DNA of 64,000 bases from the NCBI GenBank assembly GCA_965207225.1, contig CBDBLV010000005.1:1248001-1312000 (forward strand), in the 5' to 3' direction. Shown piece after piece: positions 28,007 to 39,073 of the stretch (position 1 is its first letter; every line of letters begins with the position of its first letter). Under the pieces are notes generated by a model. That model did no database searches. It was not told where the DNA came from and saw only the letters and a program-made list of their open reading frames with translations. A program made the position numbers and the translations under genes. The stretch comes from Dehalococcoidia bacterium. GTDB taxonomy: Bacteria; Chloroflexota; Dehalococcoidia; Plut-88900.

Positions 28007-28870
28007 ATGATAGCTGACAGCGTGATTATGGGCCTCCTGTCAGCCCTGGGCTTCGGATTGGCCGAATTCGCCAGTGCGCTGCTCGCCCGACGGACCAGTC
28101 ACTTCAGGTTGATCTTCGGGGTCAACCTGGCATCCGTCATCTCAGCCGCCGCCTACGCCCCCATCGATGGCCAAATAGTCCACGCCTCCGCTGTCTACTG
28201 GCTAACCGCCGTCGGCCTCGGCGTCCTCTACACCGCCACCTACTTCCTCTATTACGCCGCCCTTCAGCGTGGGCCCGTGTCCCTGGTCAGCCCCATCATG
28301 TCCGTATACAAGGGCGTCGTCATCATCCTCGCCGTCATCATTCTCGCTGAACGCATGTCTCTCGGCCAGTCCGCGGGCGCCACTGCCGCCCTTCTGGGAG
28401 TCTTCCTTGCGTCCACTAACGTCGCTGACTTGAAGGACGGACGCGTTATCATCGGGAGAGGTATCATCTTCGGACTTCTGGCCATGCTCGCCTTCGGAGT
28501 CTTCTACTACTCTATCGCCGCCCTCTCAAGAGACCTTGGCTGGTTCCTGCCCGTCTTCATGATCAGGATGTTCACCGCCCTCTTTGCCGCCCCCATAGCC
28601 TTCAAACATCCTGGTTCCTCCGCCCAACCCCTCACCCCGAAACTCGTGCTCGCAATCTTCGCCGTCGGCGCCATCGAAATCGCCGCCATGTTCGCTTTCG
28701 CCAGGGGCGCTCAGGTGGGCATCGTGGCCATCGTTGCCGCCGTCTCCTCCTCTTACACCCTCGTACCCGTCATCGGCGCCATTATCCTCCTCCGCGAACG
28801 ACTCCGCCCCATTCAGGTTGTTGGCGTCATCTCAGTGGTGACTGGGGTGACTCTCCTCAGCGCCGCCTGA
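28007..28870 (+). CDS. DMT/EamA family transporter
   Basis: About 10 hydrophobic segments; GPVSLVSPI and LLRERL. Confidence 0.88.
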   Translation: MIADSVIMGLLSALGFGLAEFASALLARRTSHFRLIFGVNLASVISAAAYAPIDGQIVHASAVYWLTAVGLGVLYTATYFLYYAALQRGPVSLVSPIMSVYKGVVIILAVIILAERMSLGQSAGATAALLGVFLASTNVADLKDGRVIIGRGIIFGLLAMLAFGVFYYSIAALSRDLGWFLPVFMIRMFTALFAAPIAFKHPGSSAQPLTPKLVLAIFAVGAIEIAAMFAFARGAQVGIVAIVAAVSSSYTLVPVIGAIILLRERLRPIQVVGVISVVTGVTLLSAA

Positions 28871-28884
28871 CCCCTACCAGACTC

Positions 28885-31341
28885 CTACGCCTTCACCCTC
28901 TCACTCTTGGGATCGTATGGCGGACTGAGCCTCACCTTGGCCGCATATCGCTCCGTAGCCACCTCGATCTCATAAGACCCCGACCGTATCCAATTCGGAG
29001 TCGCCCCCTCTTCGTTTTCCAGGTACCCCACCCCCACCGACCTCCCCAGTGCATGACCGTAGTTCCCCGAGGTCGTCCTACCGACCATCTCCCCGTCCCG
29101 ATAAATAGGCTCTTCGCCCAGCAGCAGCGGCTCGGGGTCATCAAGCACGAATATCGCCAGCCGCCTCCCCACCCCCGACTCCCTTTGCTGCAGCAGCGCG
29201 TCCCTGCCAATGAACTCCACGCCCTTGTCAAAAGCCACGGCAAATCCCAGTCCCGCCTCCAGCGGAGTATCGACACCCGTGATGTCGTGACCCCAGCTCC
29301 TGTACGCCTTCTCCAGCCTCAGCGAGTCAAGTGCGTGATAGCCCGCGTGCATCAGCCCGAACCGGCTCCCCTCTTCGACAATGGAGTCGTATACGTTTCC
29401 GGCAAACTCCGTCGGCACGTAAAGCTCCCACCCCAGCTCGCCTACGTATGTGATCCTGGACGCACGTACCGGTGCATACCCGACGTATATCTCCCTGGAC
29501 GTGAGGAACGGAAACCCCTCATTCGACAGGTTCGCGTCCGTTAGCCCCGACAACAACTCCCGGGACCTCGGGCCCATCACGCTTAGCGTCGCATAGGAGG
29601 ACGAAACATCCGTCAAAGTCACCCTCGCGTTATCGGGAATATGCCTCTTTATCCACGCATAGTCCCTCGTCACAGACCCTGCAGACGTAACTATCATGTA
29701 GCTGTCTTCCGATATCCTGTTCACGGTCAGGTCCGAGACTATTCCACCCCGAGCATTCAGCATCGCCGTATAGACCAGCCTGCCCGGCTCCACGGCTACA
29801 TCGTTTGCCATCACCCGCTGCAGGACGGCTTCCGCGTCCGGGCCCTGCACGAGCAGCTTGGCGAAAGAAGTCTGGTCGAATAAACCGACGCCCTCTCTCA
29901 CCGCCATATGCTCCTGTGCAGAGTAGGGGAACCAGTTCTGCTTTCCCCATGAATATCCGTATTCGGGCTCGACTCCCTCGGGCGCGTACCAGTTCGGCCT
30001 CTCCCACCCCGCCACCACCCCGAAGCACGCGCCCCGAGCCGCCAGCCGGTCGTGTAAAGGCGACTGACGCACGATACGCGCAGACTCCGGCTGCCTGTGC
30101 GGCCAGTGCATCGCGTACAGCAAGCCCAGCGCCTCCCCCGTGCGATCACGCAGGTATGTGGGATTGTTTGCCCAGGCTTGGAACCGACTGATGTCCACCT
30201 CCGCCAGGTCCATCGTCATCTCCCCCTCCGTGATCCACTCCGCCATCGCCTTCCCTGCCCCCGCCGCCGACGCCACACCGCTCGAGTTGAAACCCGCCGC
30301 CACGAAGAAGTTCCGCAGCTCTGGCGCCTCGCCCATTATGTACCGCGTATCCGGCGTAAAGCTCTCCGGTCCCACTAGCCTGATCCTGACCCCTACCTCC
30401 CCGATCGCCGGCACACGCTCCAGGGCGCTCTCTATGAACACGTCATAGTGACTCCACTCCCGGTTCAGCATGTGCAGTGAAAAATCGTCCGGTATCCCGT
30501 CCATCCCCCACGGCACCCCCATAGGCTCAAACCCGCCCACCATTATCCCTCCGCCCTCGAAGGGGTAGCGCCGTATATAAATGTACCCGTCCGGGTCCCG
30601 GATCGAAGGCATGTCCTCCGAGGCCCCCGGCACCGGTTCAGTGACAAAATATGCGTGGTCCGCAGCGTGCAGTGGAATTGCAACTCCGCACTTCAGGCCG
30701 ATCTCCCGGGCCCACATCCCCGCACAGTTGACTACCACTTCACACCTTATCTCCCCGCGCGCCGTCCCTACCCCCGACACCGCACCCCCGCTCGTCAGGA
30801 CGTCGGTCACCGGCGTATTCTCGATTATCCTCACTCCCCTGTTGGTCGCACCCGTTGCCAGGGCATTCGCCGTGCTGTCAGGCACCGTTTCTCCATCCAA
30901 TGGTAGGTGTACCGCTCCGACCAGCCCTTCTGTGCTCAGCAGTGGCCAGATCTCCTTCGCCTCCTCCAGCCCGACCTCGTTCATCTCCACCCCGAAGCTC
31001 TTGGCCATCGATATCATCCGTCGCAGCTCGTCCATCCGGCCCTGAGTCCGCGCAACGCTTATGCTCCCTGTCTGCCGAAACCCTGTGTCCTGCCCCGTCT
31101 CTTCCTTTAGCTCTTCGTAAAGCCGGACACCGTAACGGGATATATCCGTCAATGACCGCGTATGCCGCAGCTGCGTCACCAGTCCCGCCGAGTGAGCCGT
31201 GGTCCCGCTGACCTTGGCGCCGAGTTCCAGCACCACCACGTCTTTCCACCCCATCTTGGCGAGATGGTACGCAACGCTGCACCCGACGATGCCCGCCCCA
31301 ATGATTACAACCCTTGCGTGTTCTGGAAACTGGTTGACCAT
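28885..31341 (-). CDS. GcvT-family FAD-dependent oxidoreductase (sarcosine/dimethylglycine dehydrogenase-like)
   Basis: IIGAGIVG, GPESFTPD, GWERPNWY, GELGWELY and SLRLEK; start MVNQFPEH. Confidence 0.93.
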   Translation of the reverse strand: MVNQFPEHARVVIIGAGIVGCSVAYHLAKMGWKDVVVLELGAKVSGTTAHSAGLVTQLRHTRSLTDISRYGVRLYEELKEETGQDTGFRQTGSISVARTQGRMDELRRMISMAKSFGVEMNEVGLEEAKEIWPLLSTEGLVGAVHLPLDGETVPDSTANALATGATNRGVRIIENTPVTDVLTSGGAVSGVGTARGEIRCEVVVNCAGMWAREIGLKCGVAIPLHAADHAYFVTEPVPGASEDMPSIRDPDGYIYIRRYPFEGGGIMVGGFEPMGVPWGMDGIPDDFSLHMLNREWSHYDVFIESALERVPAIGEVGVRIRLVGPESFTPDTRYIMGEAPELRNFFVAAGFNSSGVASAAGAGKAMAEWITEGEMTMDLAEVDISRFQAWANNPTYLRDRTGEALGLLYAMHWPHRQPESARIVRQSPLHDRLAARGACFGVVAGWERPNWYAPEGVEPEYGYSWGKQNWFPYSAQEHMAVREGVGLFDQTSFAKLLVQGPDAEAVLQRVMANDVAVEPGRLVYTAMLNARGGIVSDLTVNRISEDSYMIVTSAGSVTRDYAWIKRHIPDNARVTLTDVSSSYATLSVMGPRSRELLSGLTDANLSNEGFPFLTSREIYVGYAPVRASRITYVGELGWELYVPTEFAGNVYDSIVEEGSRFGLMHAGYHALDSLRLEKAYRSWGHDITGVDTPLEAGLGFAVAFDKGVEFIGRDALLQQRESGVGRRLAIFVLDDPEPLLLGEEPIYRDGEMVGRTTSGNYGHALGRSVGVGYLENEEGATPNWIRSGSYEIEVATERYAAKVRLSPPYDPKSERVKA

Positions 31342-31454
31342 GACCCGGCTGGGTAGGCTAGCATCCCCCCTGAGGCCGGTCAAACCCGTCTTTTCATTTC
31401 TCCAGTGATAGAATCCCATCAACATCATCATTTGCCTGCTGCCTGTGAACGCCA

Positions 31455-32075
31455 ATGACCTCCCAATTCGACATCCACGACCTGAGAAACGCAGCCACCC
31501 TCGACGACCTCGAAAAAGCCTATGACGCCCTTGGCGAGGAGTACGAGGGGGAGGTCAACCGATACGGCTGGCTCGGCCCCCGGCTCGCCGCTGAAAAGGC
31601 TGCGTCGCTAATCGATTCAACCTCCGTGGTACTGGATGCAGGTGCTGGCTCGGGATTGGTCGGCCTGGAGCTGGCAAAGCTAGGCTTTGAGACCATCGAC
31701 GGATTCGATATCTCAAGAGTCCAACTGGCGCATGCTGAAGCGAAAAGAGCGTATCGCCGTCTCTTCCACGCCCGGCTCGGCCAGCCCCTCCCACTCCCCA
31801 CAGACTCCTATGACGCCATGGTCTCCGCCGGTACCTTCACATTCGGCCATGCACCCGCGTCCGGATTCGACGAAATTGTCAGGGTTGTCCGTGCCGGTGG
31901 CTATCTCGTATTCACCCTACCCGCCGAAGGTGATCCCGAAGGCTACCGTGAGAAATACGAAGAACTATCCGCTACAGGACGATGGTCGTTGATCGAATGG
32001 GGCGACCCTTTCCACTCTGTCCCTGACGTCGAGCCGGAAACTCAGCATCGCATTGCGGTATTTCGCGTACTCTGA
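31455..32075 (+). CDS. class I SAM-dependent methyltransferase
   Basis: VLDAGAGSGLVG, GFDIS and RVVRAGG. Confidence 0.88.
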   Translation: MTSQFDIHDLRNAATLDDLEKAYDALGEEYEGEVNRYGWLGPRLAAEKAASLIDSTSVVLDAGAGSGLVGLELAKLGFETIDGFDISRVQLAHAEAKRAYRRLFHARLGQPLPLPTDSYDAMVSAGTFTFGHAPASGFDEIVRVVRAGGYLVFTLPAEGDPEGYREKYEELSATGRWSLIEWGDPFHSVPDVEPETQHRIAVFRVL

Positions 32076-32119
32076 GTCCTCTATACACTGGGAAAACTGA
32101 GTCCGCCTCAAGGGGCCCA

Positions 32120-32950
32120 ATGAATCAAGACGAGATCCAGCGTTTCAACAATGAGCTGAAAGCTATGTACGATGACCCCATGTACCGGTCGATGGTCCGG
32201 ATGTGGGGAGAGAACATCAATCTCGGCTATTTCGCGACCCCTGACGATGACCTCGCCATCGCCACCGAGCGTGCCAACGCCCGACTCGCAAAGGCGGCAG
32301 GCCTGGGGGACGGTATGGAAATGCTGGAGGTAGCTTGCGGAGTCGGCGGTGCGGCCCGTTACGTCGCCCGACGTTTCGACGCACGTATCGTCGCCACCAA
32401 CCTTTCGTGCGACCAGCTCGCTATCGCTAAAGACCGCACCGAACCTGCAATCAGCAACCGCATCTCTTACGAATACGCCGACTTTCACGACCTCCCCTAC
32501 CCGGACAACAGGTTTCATGTCTGGTGGTGCGCTTTATCTGTGCTGCACGCCGTCGACAAACCCAGGGTTATCGGCGAAGCCTTCCGGGTCCTCAAGCCCG
32601 GAGGTCGGATGGTTTTGACCGAGCTGACCGCAGCCGAAGGCTTGGCTCCTGAAATCCTCAAGAGGTTCTCCGCCGACGCTCACTCTCCCGGACTTTGGTC
32701 AATGTCACAGTATGACCGGGGGTTCAATGAAGCGGGTTTCGCCGTCCTCGAACGCGAGGATTGGAGCGAACGTGCCCTGTGGGCCTGGCGCCGGCTCCCG
32801 CATGAGCTCGAAAGTCGCCGCACTGAAATTGAATCGGACGTTGGCGCTCAGCCGCTCAACGATACCCTTGACCGCTATCGCATGTGGGAGCGGGCGGCTT
32901 CTGCCGGTATCGTTGGATGCGCCTTCTACGCCCTGGAAAAACCGTCCTGA
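32120..32950 (+). CDS. class I SAM-dependent methyltransferase (sarcosine/dimethylglycine N-MTase or tocopherol MTase-like)
   Basis: WGENINLGYF, LEVACGVGG, DFHDLPYPD and FRVLKPGG. Confidence 0.85.
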   Translation: MNQDEIQRFNNELKAMYDDPMYRSMVRMWGENINLGYFATPDDDLAIATERANARLAKAAGLGDGMEMLEVACGVGGAARYVARRFDARIVATNLSCDQLAIAKDRTEPAISNRISYEYADFHDLPYPDNRFHVWWCALSVLHAVDKPRVIGEAFRVLKPGGRMVLTELTAAEGLAPEILKRFSADAHSPGLWSMSQYDRGFNEAGFAVLEREDWSERALWAWRRLPHELESRRTEIESDVGAQPLNDTLDRYRMWERAASAGIVGCAFYALEKPS

Positions 32951-33067
32951 GATCTCCTCTACCTTCAGCACTTGCCGCTAAGCCTTAACTCAGCTCGGAC
33001 TCCCTTGGACGGTTATTGGCAGTAAAAGACCCGCTCTGGGTCGGGGAGTGATGGATACCATGCGCGC

Positions 33068-33142
33068 TGGTGAGCCGTGTGGGATTCGAACCCACGACAC
33101 CCGGATTAAAAGTCCGGTGCTCTTCCGCTGAGCTAACGGCTC
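33068..33142 (-). tRNA. tRNA-Lys(TTT)
   Basis: Reverse complement GAGCCGT...CCGGA CTTTTAA TCCGG...GTTCGAATC...ACGGCTCA-CCA; cloverleaf, TTT anticodon, encoded CCA. Confidence 0.97.
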
Positions 33143-33197
33143 CCGACCTAAATCTTGTCACCCGACCCTATCCCTGTCAATTGAGTCGGCCAGGCCT

Positions 33198-33785
33198 TCA
33201 CCCGCCACCCGGACGTGCCAATGCTTTCCCTTCTCGACACGCCGGACACTCCTCCGGCCTGTAGGTTGGCACCTCCACCGTGTGACAACAGTAAAGCGGC
33301 GCCCCCACCTCCACCCCACCCCCCGATCTGTCGATCAGCACCCCCACGCCCACTACCTCCCCACCGGCTTCCTTGACCGCCTCGAGCACATCCACCACCG
33401 ACCCGCCCGTAGTCAAAATATCGTCTACTATGAGCGTCTTCTCCCCCGACTCAATGCTCAACCCCCTCCGGAAGCCTCTCCCATCCCCAACCCGCTCCGC
33501 ATACACCGCCCTGACCCCCAGAAGCCGCGCCACTTCATAAGCGAGAATCACCCCGCCCAGCGCAGGCCCGGCAACCACCTCCACCCCTTCCCCTCTGAAA
33601 CGGTCCGCCACCATCTTGCACATCCGGCCCGTATACTCAGGGAACTGCAATAGCCGGAACTTCTCCAGGTACCTCGGCGAATGCAGCCCAGAGGTCAGCA
33701 GAAAATGACCATCCATCACCACTTCTGCCCTGACCAGCATCTCTTCCACGCTTTCCCCTTGACCCGAGTCGTATTCCTTCATCAT
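33198..33785 (-). CDS. pyrE: orotate phosphoribosyltransferase
   Basis: GHFLLTSGLHS, GPALGG and IVDDILTTGGS. Confidence 0.93.
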   Translation of the reverse strand: MMKEYDSGQGESVEEMLVRAEVVMDGHFLLTSGLHSPRYLEKFRLLQFPEYTGRMCKMVADRFRGEGVEVVAGPALGGVILAYEVARLLGVRAVYAERVGDGRGFRRGLSIESGEKTLIVDDILTTGGSVVDVLEAVKEAGGEVVGVGVLIDRSGGGVEVGAPLYCCHTVEVPTYRPEECPACREGKALARPGGG

Positions 33786-34381
33786 TCCATCTCTGGATCA
33801 GTTGTATAGCTGTCCACCGTCCCGAAATCTTCCGGCGGCCAGTAGGCCAGCCACGCCTTGCCAACAATCTGGCTCCTGTGCACCGGCCCAAAGCTGTTCG
33901 AATCGTTGCTCTGTGGTCGGTTGTCCCCTAGCACGAAATAGTGGTCCGCGGGAATCATCAACGGACCCCTATCCCTGGGAATGCCCAATACATAGGGCTC
34001 AGTCATCGTGCGCCCATTGACCTTCAACATCCCGCCTTCAATCTCAATAGTATCCCCGGGCAACCCGACCACCCTCTTCACCAGCCTCTTCCTGGAAGGT
34101 TGCGGAGACACGATTACCACTACATCTCCCCGCTGCGGCTCCCCGAACAGATGCAATTCAGACCCCTTATCAACTTCGTAGAATGGGATAAACTTGGAGA
34201 GCCTGTCCACGTCCACAGACATATAGGCGGCCTTGTTCACGATAACATGCTGTCCCGAATGTAGATTTGGCTCCATGCTCTGTCCCAGCACCTGGTAGTT
34301 CTGGAGCACGGCCTGCACTACAAAGAAGAAGAACGCTGCCAGGGCCAGTGCCTTTGCTATGTCAACTAGCGCTTTCGTCAT
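33782..34381 (-). CDS. lepB: signal peptidase I (start may lie further upstream)
   Basis: GQSMEPNL, RGDVVV, VKRVVGLPGD and LGDNRPQSNDS. Confidence 0.92.
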   Translation of the reverse strand: MTKALVDIAKALALAAFFFFVVQAVLQNYQVLGQSMEPNLHSGQHVIVNKAAYMSVDVDRLSKFIPFYEVDKGSELHLFGEPQRGDVVVIVSPQPSRKRLVKRVVGLPGDTIEIEGGMLKVNGRTMTEPYVLGIPRDRGPLMIPADHYFVLGDNRPQSNDSNSFGPVHRSQIVGKAWLAYWPPEDFGTVDSYTTDPEME

Positions 34382-34560
34382 CTCAGCCCAGGCCCGTCCG
34401 AAGGCCCCACTCTGGACAACAATTATATCCGAGCCATTTTCCCCTCGCCCTTCACACAGCCCAGCCGGAACAAAGGCACTGGGTTCTACGTCTGGATTAA
34501 AGTGGGGAAAACAACTAACCCCTCTTGTGCAAAGAAGACAAGATCTCAAGGAGGTCGAAA

Positions 34561-35295
34561 ATGAAGAAGTCCAGGAGCGTCCCGGTGCTGATTGTCGCAC
34601 TCCTAGTAGGGCTGCTTGCCAGCTTCGCCTGCGGGACATCGATGGAATCTCCCGACTCTGCCACCGGAGGCGGCATCTCCGTATCCGGCACCGCTTCCAT
34701 CTCCCTCGCACCCGACATTGTCACCCTCGTCCTGGGCGTTGAGGCCCTTGACGAGTCCGTCGCCCAGGCCCGAGCCGACGCCGCCGAGGCCATGGCCGGT
34801 ATCGTGGATGTCCTGAGCGCCGCTGGGATCGAAGACAAGGACATCCAGACACAGCGACTCTCAATCCAACCCCAGTACGACTACAGCAGCGAGACCCGCC
34901 AGCTAATCGGCTTCAGCGTGAACAACATCGTCAACGTGACCATCAGGAATATCGACTCGGTCGGTTCCATAATTGACCGGTCCGTCGAAGCCGGCGGAGA
35001 CCTCACCCGTGTCCAGTCCATCTACTTCTCCGTAGACGACACTTCCTCCTACGAAAATAAACTCGTTGCAGACGCTGTCCAGGACGCCACCGACAAAGCC
35101 CAGCACCTCGCCGACCTCACCGGTGTAGCTCTCGGCAAACCAATCTCCATCAACTACGGCAGCGGTGTCCCGTACCCCGTACTTAACCGTTCCTTCGCCG
35201 TAGCCATGGAAGAATCAGCGGCCTTCGACACTTCTGTAAGCCCCGGGGAAATAGAGACCTCCGTCACCGTCAACATCCTATTCTCAATCGAATAG
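34561..35295 (+). CDS. SIMPL/DUF541 domain lipoprotein
   Basis: Lipobox-like SFAC; ISVSGTASISLAPD, IQTQRLSIQPQY and KAQHLADLTGVALG. Confidence 0.88.
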   Translation: MKKSRSVPVLIVALLVGLLASFACGTSMESPDSATGGGISVSGTASISLAPDIVTLVLGVEALDESVAQARADAAEAMAGIVDVLSAAGIEDKDIQTQRLSIQPQYDYSSETRQLIGFSVNNIVNVTIRNIDSVGSIIDRSVEAGGDLTRVQSIYFSVDDTSSYENKLVADAVQDATDKAQHLADLTGVALGKPISINYGSGVPYPVLNRSFAVAMEESAAFDTSVSPGEIETSVTVNILFSIE

Positions 35296-35319
35296 CTCCC
35301 CAAATCTCCCACCTTCTTG

Positions 35320-35354
35320 AAGAGGCGCCGGAGCAATTGCCCCGGCGCCTCTTC
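35320..35354 (+). terminator. hairpin after the SIMPL gene
   Basis: AAGAGGCGCCGG...CCGGCGCCTCTT. Confidence 0.6.
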
Positions 35355-35482
35355 ACTCGCCTCACCCCGAAACATCAATATCAATCCAGAGACGCCCAAC
35401 TCCACTGGAATCTCCACTCCCGTATTGCTAATATATCCCCTCCAATCCCCACCCCTCCCGCATACAAACATAGGACGAGAGC

Positions 35483-36073
35483 GTGGTACTTAGCGACAGA
35501 ACAATAAGAGAAGAAATCGCCCAAGGGCGCATAGTCATTGAACCCCTTGACCCCTCCGACATCCAGCCCGCCAGTATCGACGTGCACCTCGACGATACCG
35601 TCCTCGTCTTCCGCAACTCCCGCAAACCCTACATAGACGTCCGCCAGGACACGTCTGACCTCACCGACATGGAGCAGATCTCTGACGATAACCCATTTAT
35701 CCTCCACCCCGGCGAGTTCGTCCTGGCCAGCACCTCCGAGCACATCGAAATCCCCGACGACATCGTCGCCCGACTCGAAGGCAAGAGCTCCCTCGGCCGC
35801 ATCGGCCTCCTCATCCACTCTACCGCCGGCTACGTCGACCCGGGCTGGAAAGGTCACCTCACACTGGAGTTGAGCAACGTCGCCAACCTCCCCGTGACCC
35901 TCTATTCCGGCATGAAAATAGGCCAGATCTCCTTCCTTCGCCTCTCCAGCCCCGTCGAGAACCCCTACGGCTCCAAGGCTCTCGGCAGCAAGTATCAGGG
36001 CCAGACCCAGCCGACAGCCAGCAGGATTCATGTAGACTTCAAGTCCCGTCCCGCGGGGGACGAGCCCTGTTGA
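35483..36073 (+). CDS. dcd: dCTP deaminase
   Basis: IQPASIDV, EGKSSLGRIG, AGYVDPGW, TLELSN and YQGQ. Confidence 0.96.
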   Translation: MVLSDRTIREEIAQGRIVIEPLDPSDIQPASIDVHLDDTVLVFRNSRKPYIDVRQDTSDLTDMEQISDDNPFILHPGEFVLASTSEHIEIPDDIVARLEGKSSLGRIGLLIHSTAGYVDPGWKGHLTLELSNVANLPVTLYSGMKIGQISFLRLSSPVENPYGSKALGSKYQGQTQPTASRIHVDFKSRPAGDEPC

Positions 36074-37197
36074 GTCCCTCGCCCTCCCCCCGCCCCGCCG
36101 CAAGCTACATGGAGCATTGCCTCTCCCTCGCTCGTCGCTCCCTCGGACTCTCTTCACCCAACCCCGCGGTCGGCGCGGTTGTGGTCAAGGATGGAGAAGT
36201 CATCGGCGAAGGCAGCACCCGTCCCCCGGGTCAGTCCCACGCCGAGATTGTTGCATTGCAGCAGGCCGGTTCCGCAGCCCGCGGCGCCGAAGTCTATGTA
36301 ACCCTTGAGCCCTGCTGCTTCGCCGGCCGCACCCCTCCCTGCACCACCGCCATCATTGAAAGCGGGATCACCAGGGTTCACGTCGCCACCCTTGACCCCA
36401 ACCCTCGGGTCTCCGGCAAGGGAGTACGTGAGATGCAAAACGCTGGCATCGAGGTGGTCTTGGGAGAGTGCCGCACTGCCGCCGACCGCATCGTCGAAGG
36501 TTACGCCAAGTACATTTCCACCGGCAGACCCTTCGTCACCGCCAAGTTCGCCGCCAGCCTCGATGGAAAGATTGCTACCCGCTCCGGCGACTCCCGCTGG
36601 ATCACCGGCCCCGAGGCCCGCGCCCATGCCCATCGCATCCGACGTAGCGTCGACGGCATCATCGTCGGCTCCGGTACGGTCAACGCCGACAACCCAAGGC
36701 TCACTGCTCGTGACCCCAGCGGCGCCCTCCTCGACCGTCAGCCCGCACGCATCATCGTTGCCGGTGCCCGACCCATCTCCCCCGATTCCCACGTCTTTGA
36801 AAACCAGGGTCGCGCCATATTCGCATCACCCCATATCTCCCAAGACCTTCGCGACAGCTTGGAACAAAAGAATGTTGAGGTGCTCCAGGTTCCACCCTCG
36901 TCAAATGGTGTAGACCTCGAAGCCCTCCTCAAGCTGCTCGGCGACCGAGAGATCACTACCGTCCTCGTAGAGGGGGGAGGCGCTCTCCTCGGCTCCTTCT
37001 TCGATTGCCGCCTCGTCGAAAAAGTTGTTGCATTCATTGCTCCGGTTATAATAGGCGGAGAGGATGGCATCGGGGCGGTCGGTGGCAGAGGCCCGAGCGC
37101 CGTGGCGGAGGCGTTCAAGCTCAGCGAAGTCCACGTCGAGACCCTAAACCCCGATATCATCGTCACCGGGTACCTCAAAGGGCAGCCGAATAGCTAG
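36070..37197 (+). CDS. ribD: riboflavin biosynthesis deaminase/reductase
   Basis: PNPAVG, HAE, TLEPC...PC, SLDGKIA and VEGG. Confidence 0.96.
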   Translation: MSPSPSPRPAASYMEHCLSLARRSLGLSSPNPAVGAVVVKDGEVIGEGSTRPPGQSHAEIVALQQAGSAARGAEVYVTLEPCCFAGRTPPCTTAIIESGITRVHVATLDPNPRVSGKGVREMQNAGIEVVLGECRTAADRIVEGYAKYISTGRPFVTAKFAASLDGKIATRSGDSRWITGPEARAHAHRIRRSVDGIIVGSGTVNADNPRLTARDPSGALLDRQPARIIVAGARPISPDSHVFENQGRAIFASPHISQDLRDSLEQKNVEVLQVPPSSNGVDLEALLKLLGDREITTVLVEGGGALLGSFFDCRLVEKVVAFIAPVIIGGEDGIGAVGGRGPSAVAEAFKLSEVHVETLNPDIIVTGYLKGQPNS

Positions 37198-37210
37198 ACA
37201 AGCTGGACCA

Positions 37211-37834
37211 TTGTTTACTGGCATAGTCGAAGAGCTCGGCCAAACCGTTTCCATGGAGAGTTCCAGGCTCTCCATTTCCGCATCAGCCGTGCTGGACGAC
37301 TCCCGCATCGGCGACAGTATTTCCGTCAACGGGACCTGCCTCACCATCACCGAAATAGATGCTGGCCGCATCTCGTTCGACGTTATGCCCGAGACCCTCC
37401 GCCGGACCAACCTCGGCGACCTGCAGCCCGGCTCCGCCGTCAACCTGGAAAGGGCCCTTACGCTCAGTGCTCGGCTCGGTGGCCACGTAATGCAGGGCCA
37501 CGTCGATGGTCGCGGCACGGTCGTCTCTGTCACCCCCGACCAGGACGCCTGGATTATGGAAATCCGCCCCCCCGCCGACCTACTCCCCTACATCGTCTCT
37601 AAAGGCTTCATCGGCGTCGATGGCGCAAGCCTCACCGTTGCTGAGCGCCTTCCGGATACCTTCACCGTCTCCCTGGTAATCTATACTTGGGAGCACACTA
37701 CCCTCAGCCGGCGTGCCGTTGGTCAAGCCGTTAACCTTGAGGTCGACATCCTAGCCAAGTACGTCGAGCAGTTGGTCAAGAGCGGTGACCTTTCCGCGTC
37801 TCCCCTCTCCGCCATTGCGAGTCCCCAGCACTGA
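37211..37834 (+). CDS. ribE: riboflavin synthase (alpha)
   Basis: [24 protein letters not shown] and [10 protein letters not shown]. Confidence 0.96.
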   Translation: MFTGIVEELGQTVSMESSRLSISASAVLDDSRIGDSISVNGTCLTITEIDAGRISFDVMPETLRRTNLGDLQPGSAVNLERALTLSARLGGHVMQGHVDGRGTVVSVTPDQDAWIMEIRPPADLLPYIVSKGFIGVDGASLTVAERLPDTFTVSLVIYTWEHTTLSRRAVGQAVNLEVDILAKYVEQLVKSGDLSASPLSAIASPQH

Positions 37835-37860
37835 GGCCCTGGATTACCGGAGGATACTGG

Positions 37861-39054
37861 ATGCAATTCGCCACCATCCCCGAAGCCATCGCCGACTTCC
37901 AGGAAGGCAAGATGGTGATCATCGTAGACGACGAGGACCGGGAGAACGAAGGCGACCTCACCGTTGCCGCTGATAAGTGTACCCCCGAGATTATCAACTT
38001 CATGGCCACCCACGGCCGTGGTCTCATCTGCATTTCCATGACCGGAGAGCGTCTGGAAGAGCTCCGCATCCCCATGATGGTCCAGGACAACACCGCCCCC
38101 TTCGAGACCGCATTCACCGTCTCCGTCGAAGCACGACGCGAAGTCACCACCGGCATCTCCGCCTTCGACCGCGCCCGTACCGTTGCCACCCTCATTGACC
38201 CCGATGCCCGCCCCGAAGACCTCACCCGTCCCGGCCACATGTTTCCCCTTCGCGCCCGGGAAGGTGGCGTCCTGGTCCGGGCAGGCCAGACCGAGGCCGC
38301 AGTCGACCTCGCCAAACTCTCAGGACTCTACCCCGCAGGCGTCATCTGCGAGATCATGAACACAGATGGCTCCATGGCCCGACTTCCCAACCTAAGAAAG
38401 TTCGCCAACGAGCACGACCTCAAGATTATCACCGTCGCAGACCTCATCTCCTTCCGCATGCGCAATGACAAGCTCGTCAAGCGCTTCGCCGAGTCCCGCC
38501 TTCCCACCGGCTACGGTGAGTTCCAGGCCATCGCCTACTCCACTTCCATCAATCAGGATGAACACATTGCCCTCGTCAAAGGCGAAATCACCGGCGATAA
38601 GCCCGTCCTGGTTCGTGTCCATAGCCAGTGCCTCACCGGCGACGTCTTCTCCAGCTCCCGCTGCGACTGCGGCGAGCAGATGGGCCTCGCCCTTAAAGCC
38701 ATCGAACAAGAAGGACGAGGGGTCTTTGTCTATATGCGCCAGGAAGGCCGCGGAATTGGCCTCCACAACAAGATCAGGGCCTACGCCCTCCAGGACCACG
38801 GCATGGACACCGTCGAGGCCAACGAGGCCCTCGGTTTCCCCGCCGACCGCCGAGACTACGGCATCGGCATGCAGATCCTCGTCGACCTCGGCGTCCGCGA
38901 GATGCGCCTCCTCACCAACAATCCTGCCAAGCGTGCAGGTCTCGAAGGCTATAACCTTCACGTTGTCGAAAGAGTCCCAATCCACCCCACAGTCAACGAG
39001 CACAACAAGCACTACCTCGAGACCAAGAAGCAGAAGTTGGGCCACCTGATCTAA
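37861..39054 (+). CDS. ribBA: DHBP synthase / GTP cyclohydrolase II
   Basis: [25 protein letters not shown] and RQEGRGIGL. Confidence 0.97.
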   Translation: MQFATIPEAIADFQEGKMVIIVDDEDRENEGDLTVAADKCTPEIINFMATHGRGLICISMTGERLEELRIPMMVQDNTAPFETAFTVSVEARREVTTGISAFDRARTVATLIDPDARPEDLTRPGHMFPLRAREGGVLVRAGQTEAAVDLAKLSGLYPAGVICEIMNTDGSMARLPNLRKFANEHDLKIITVADLISFRMRNDKLVKRFAESRLPTGYGEFQAIAYSTSINQDEHIALVKGEITGDKPVLVRVHSQCLTGDVFSSSRCDCGEQMGLALKAIEQEGRGVFVYMRQEGRGIGLHNKIRAYALQDHGMDTVEANEALGFPADRRDYGIGMQILVDLGVREMRLLTNNPAKRAGLEGYNLHVVERVPIHPTVNEHNKHYLETKKQKLGHLI

Positions 39055-39073
39055 CCGGCAGGGCAAACTTCCT

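Noticed and set aside
26400-33142. Integrative element or prophage at tRNA-Lys
   Set aside because: No integrase, phage gene or duplicated tRNA 3' end was found by eye.
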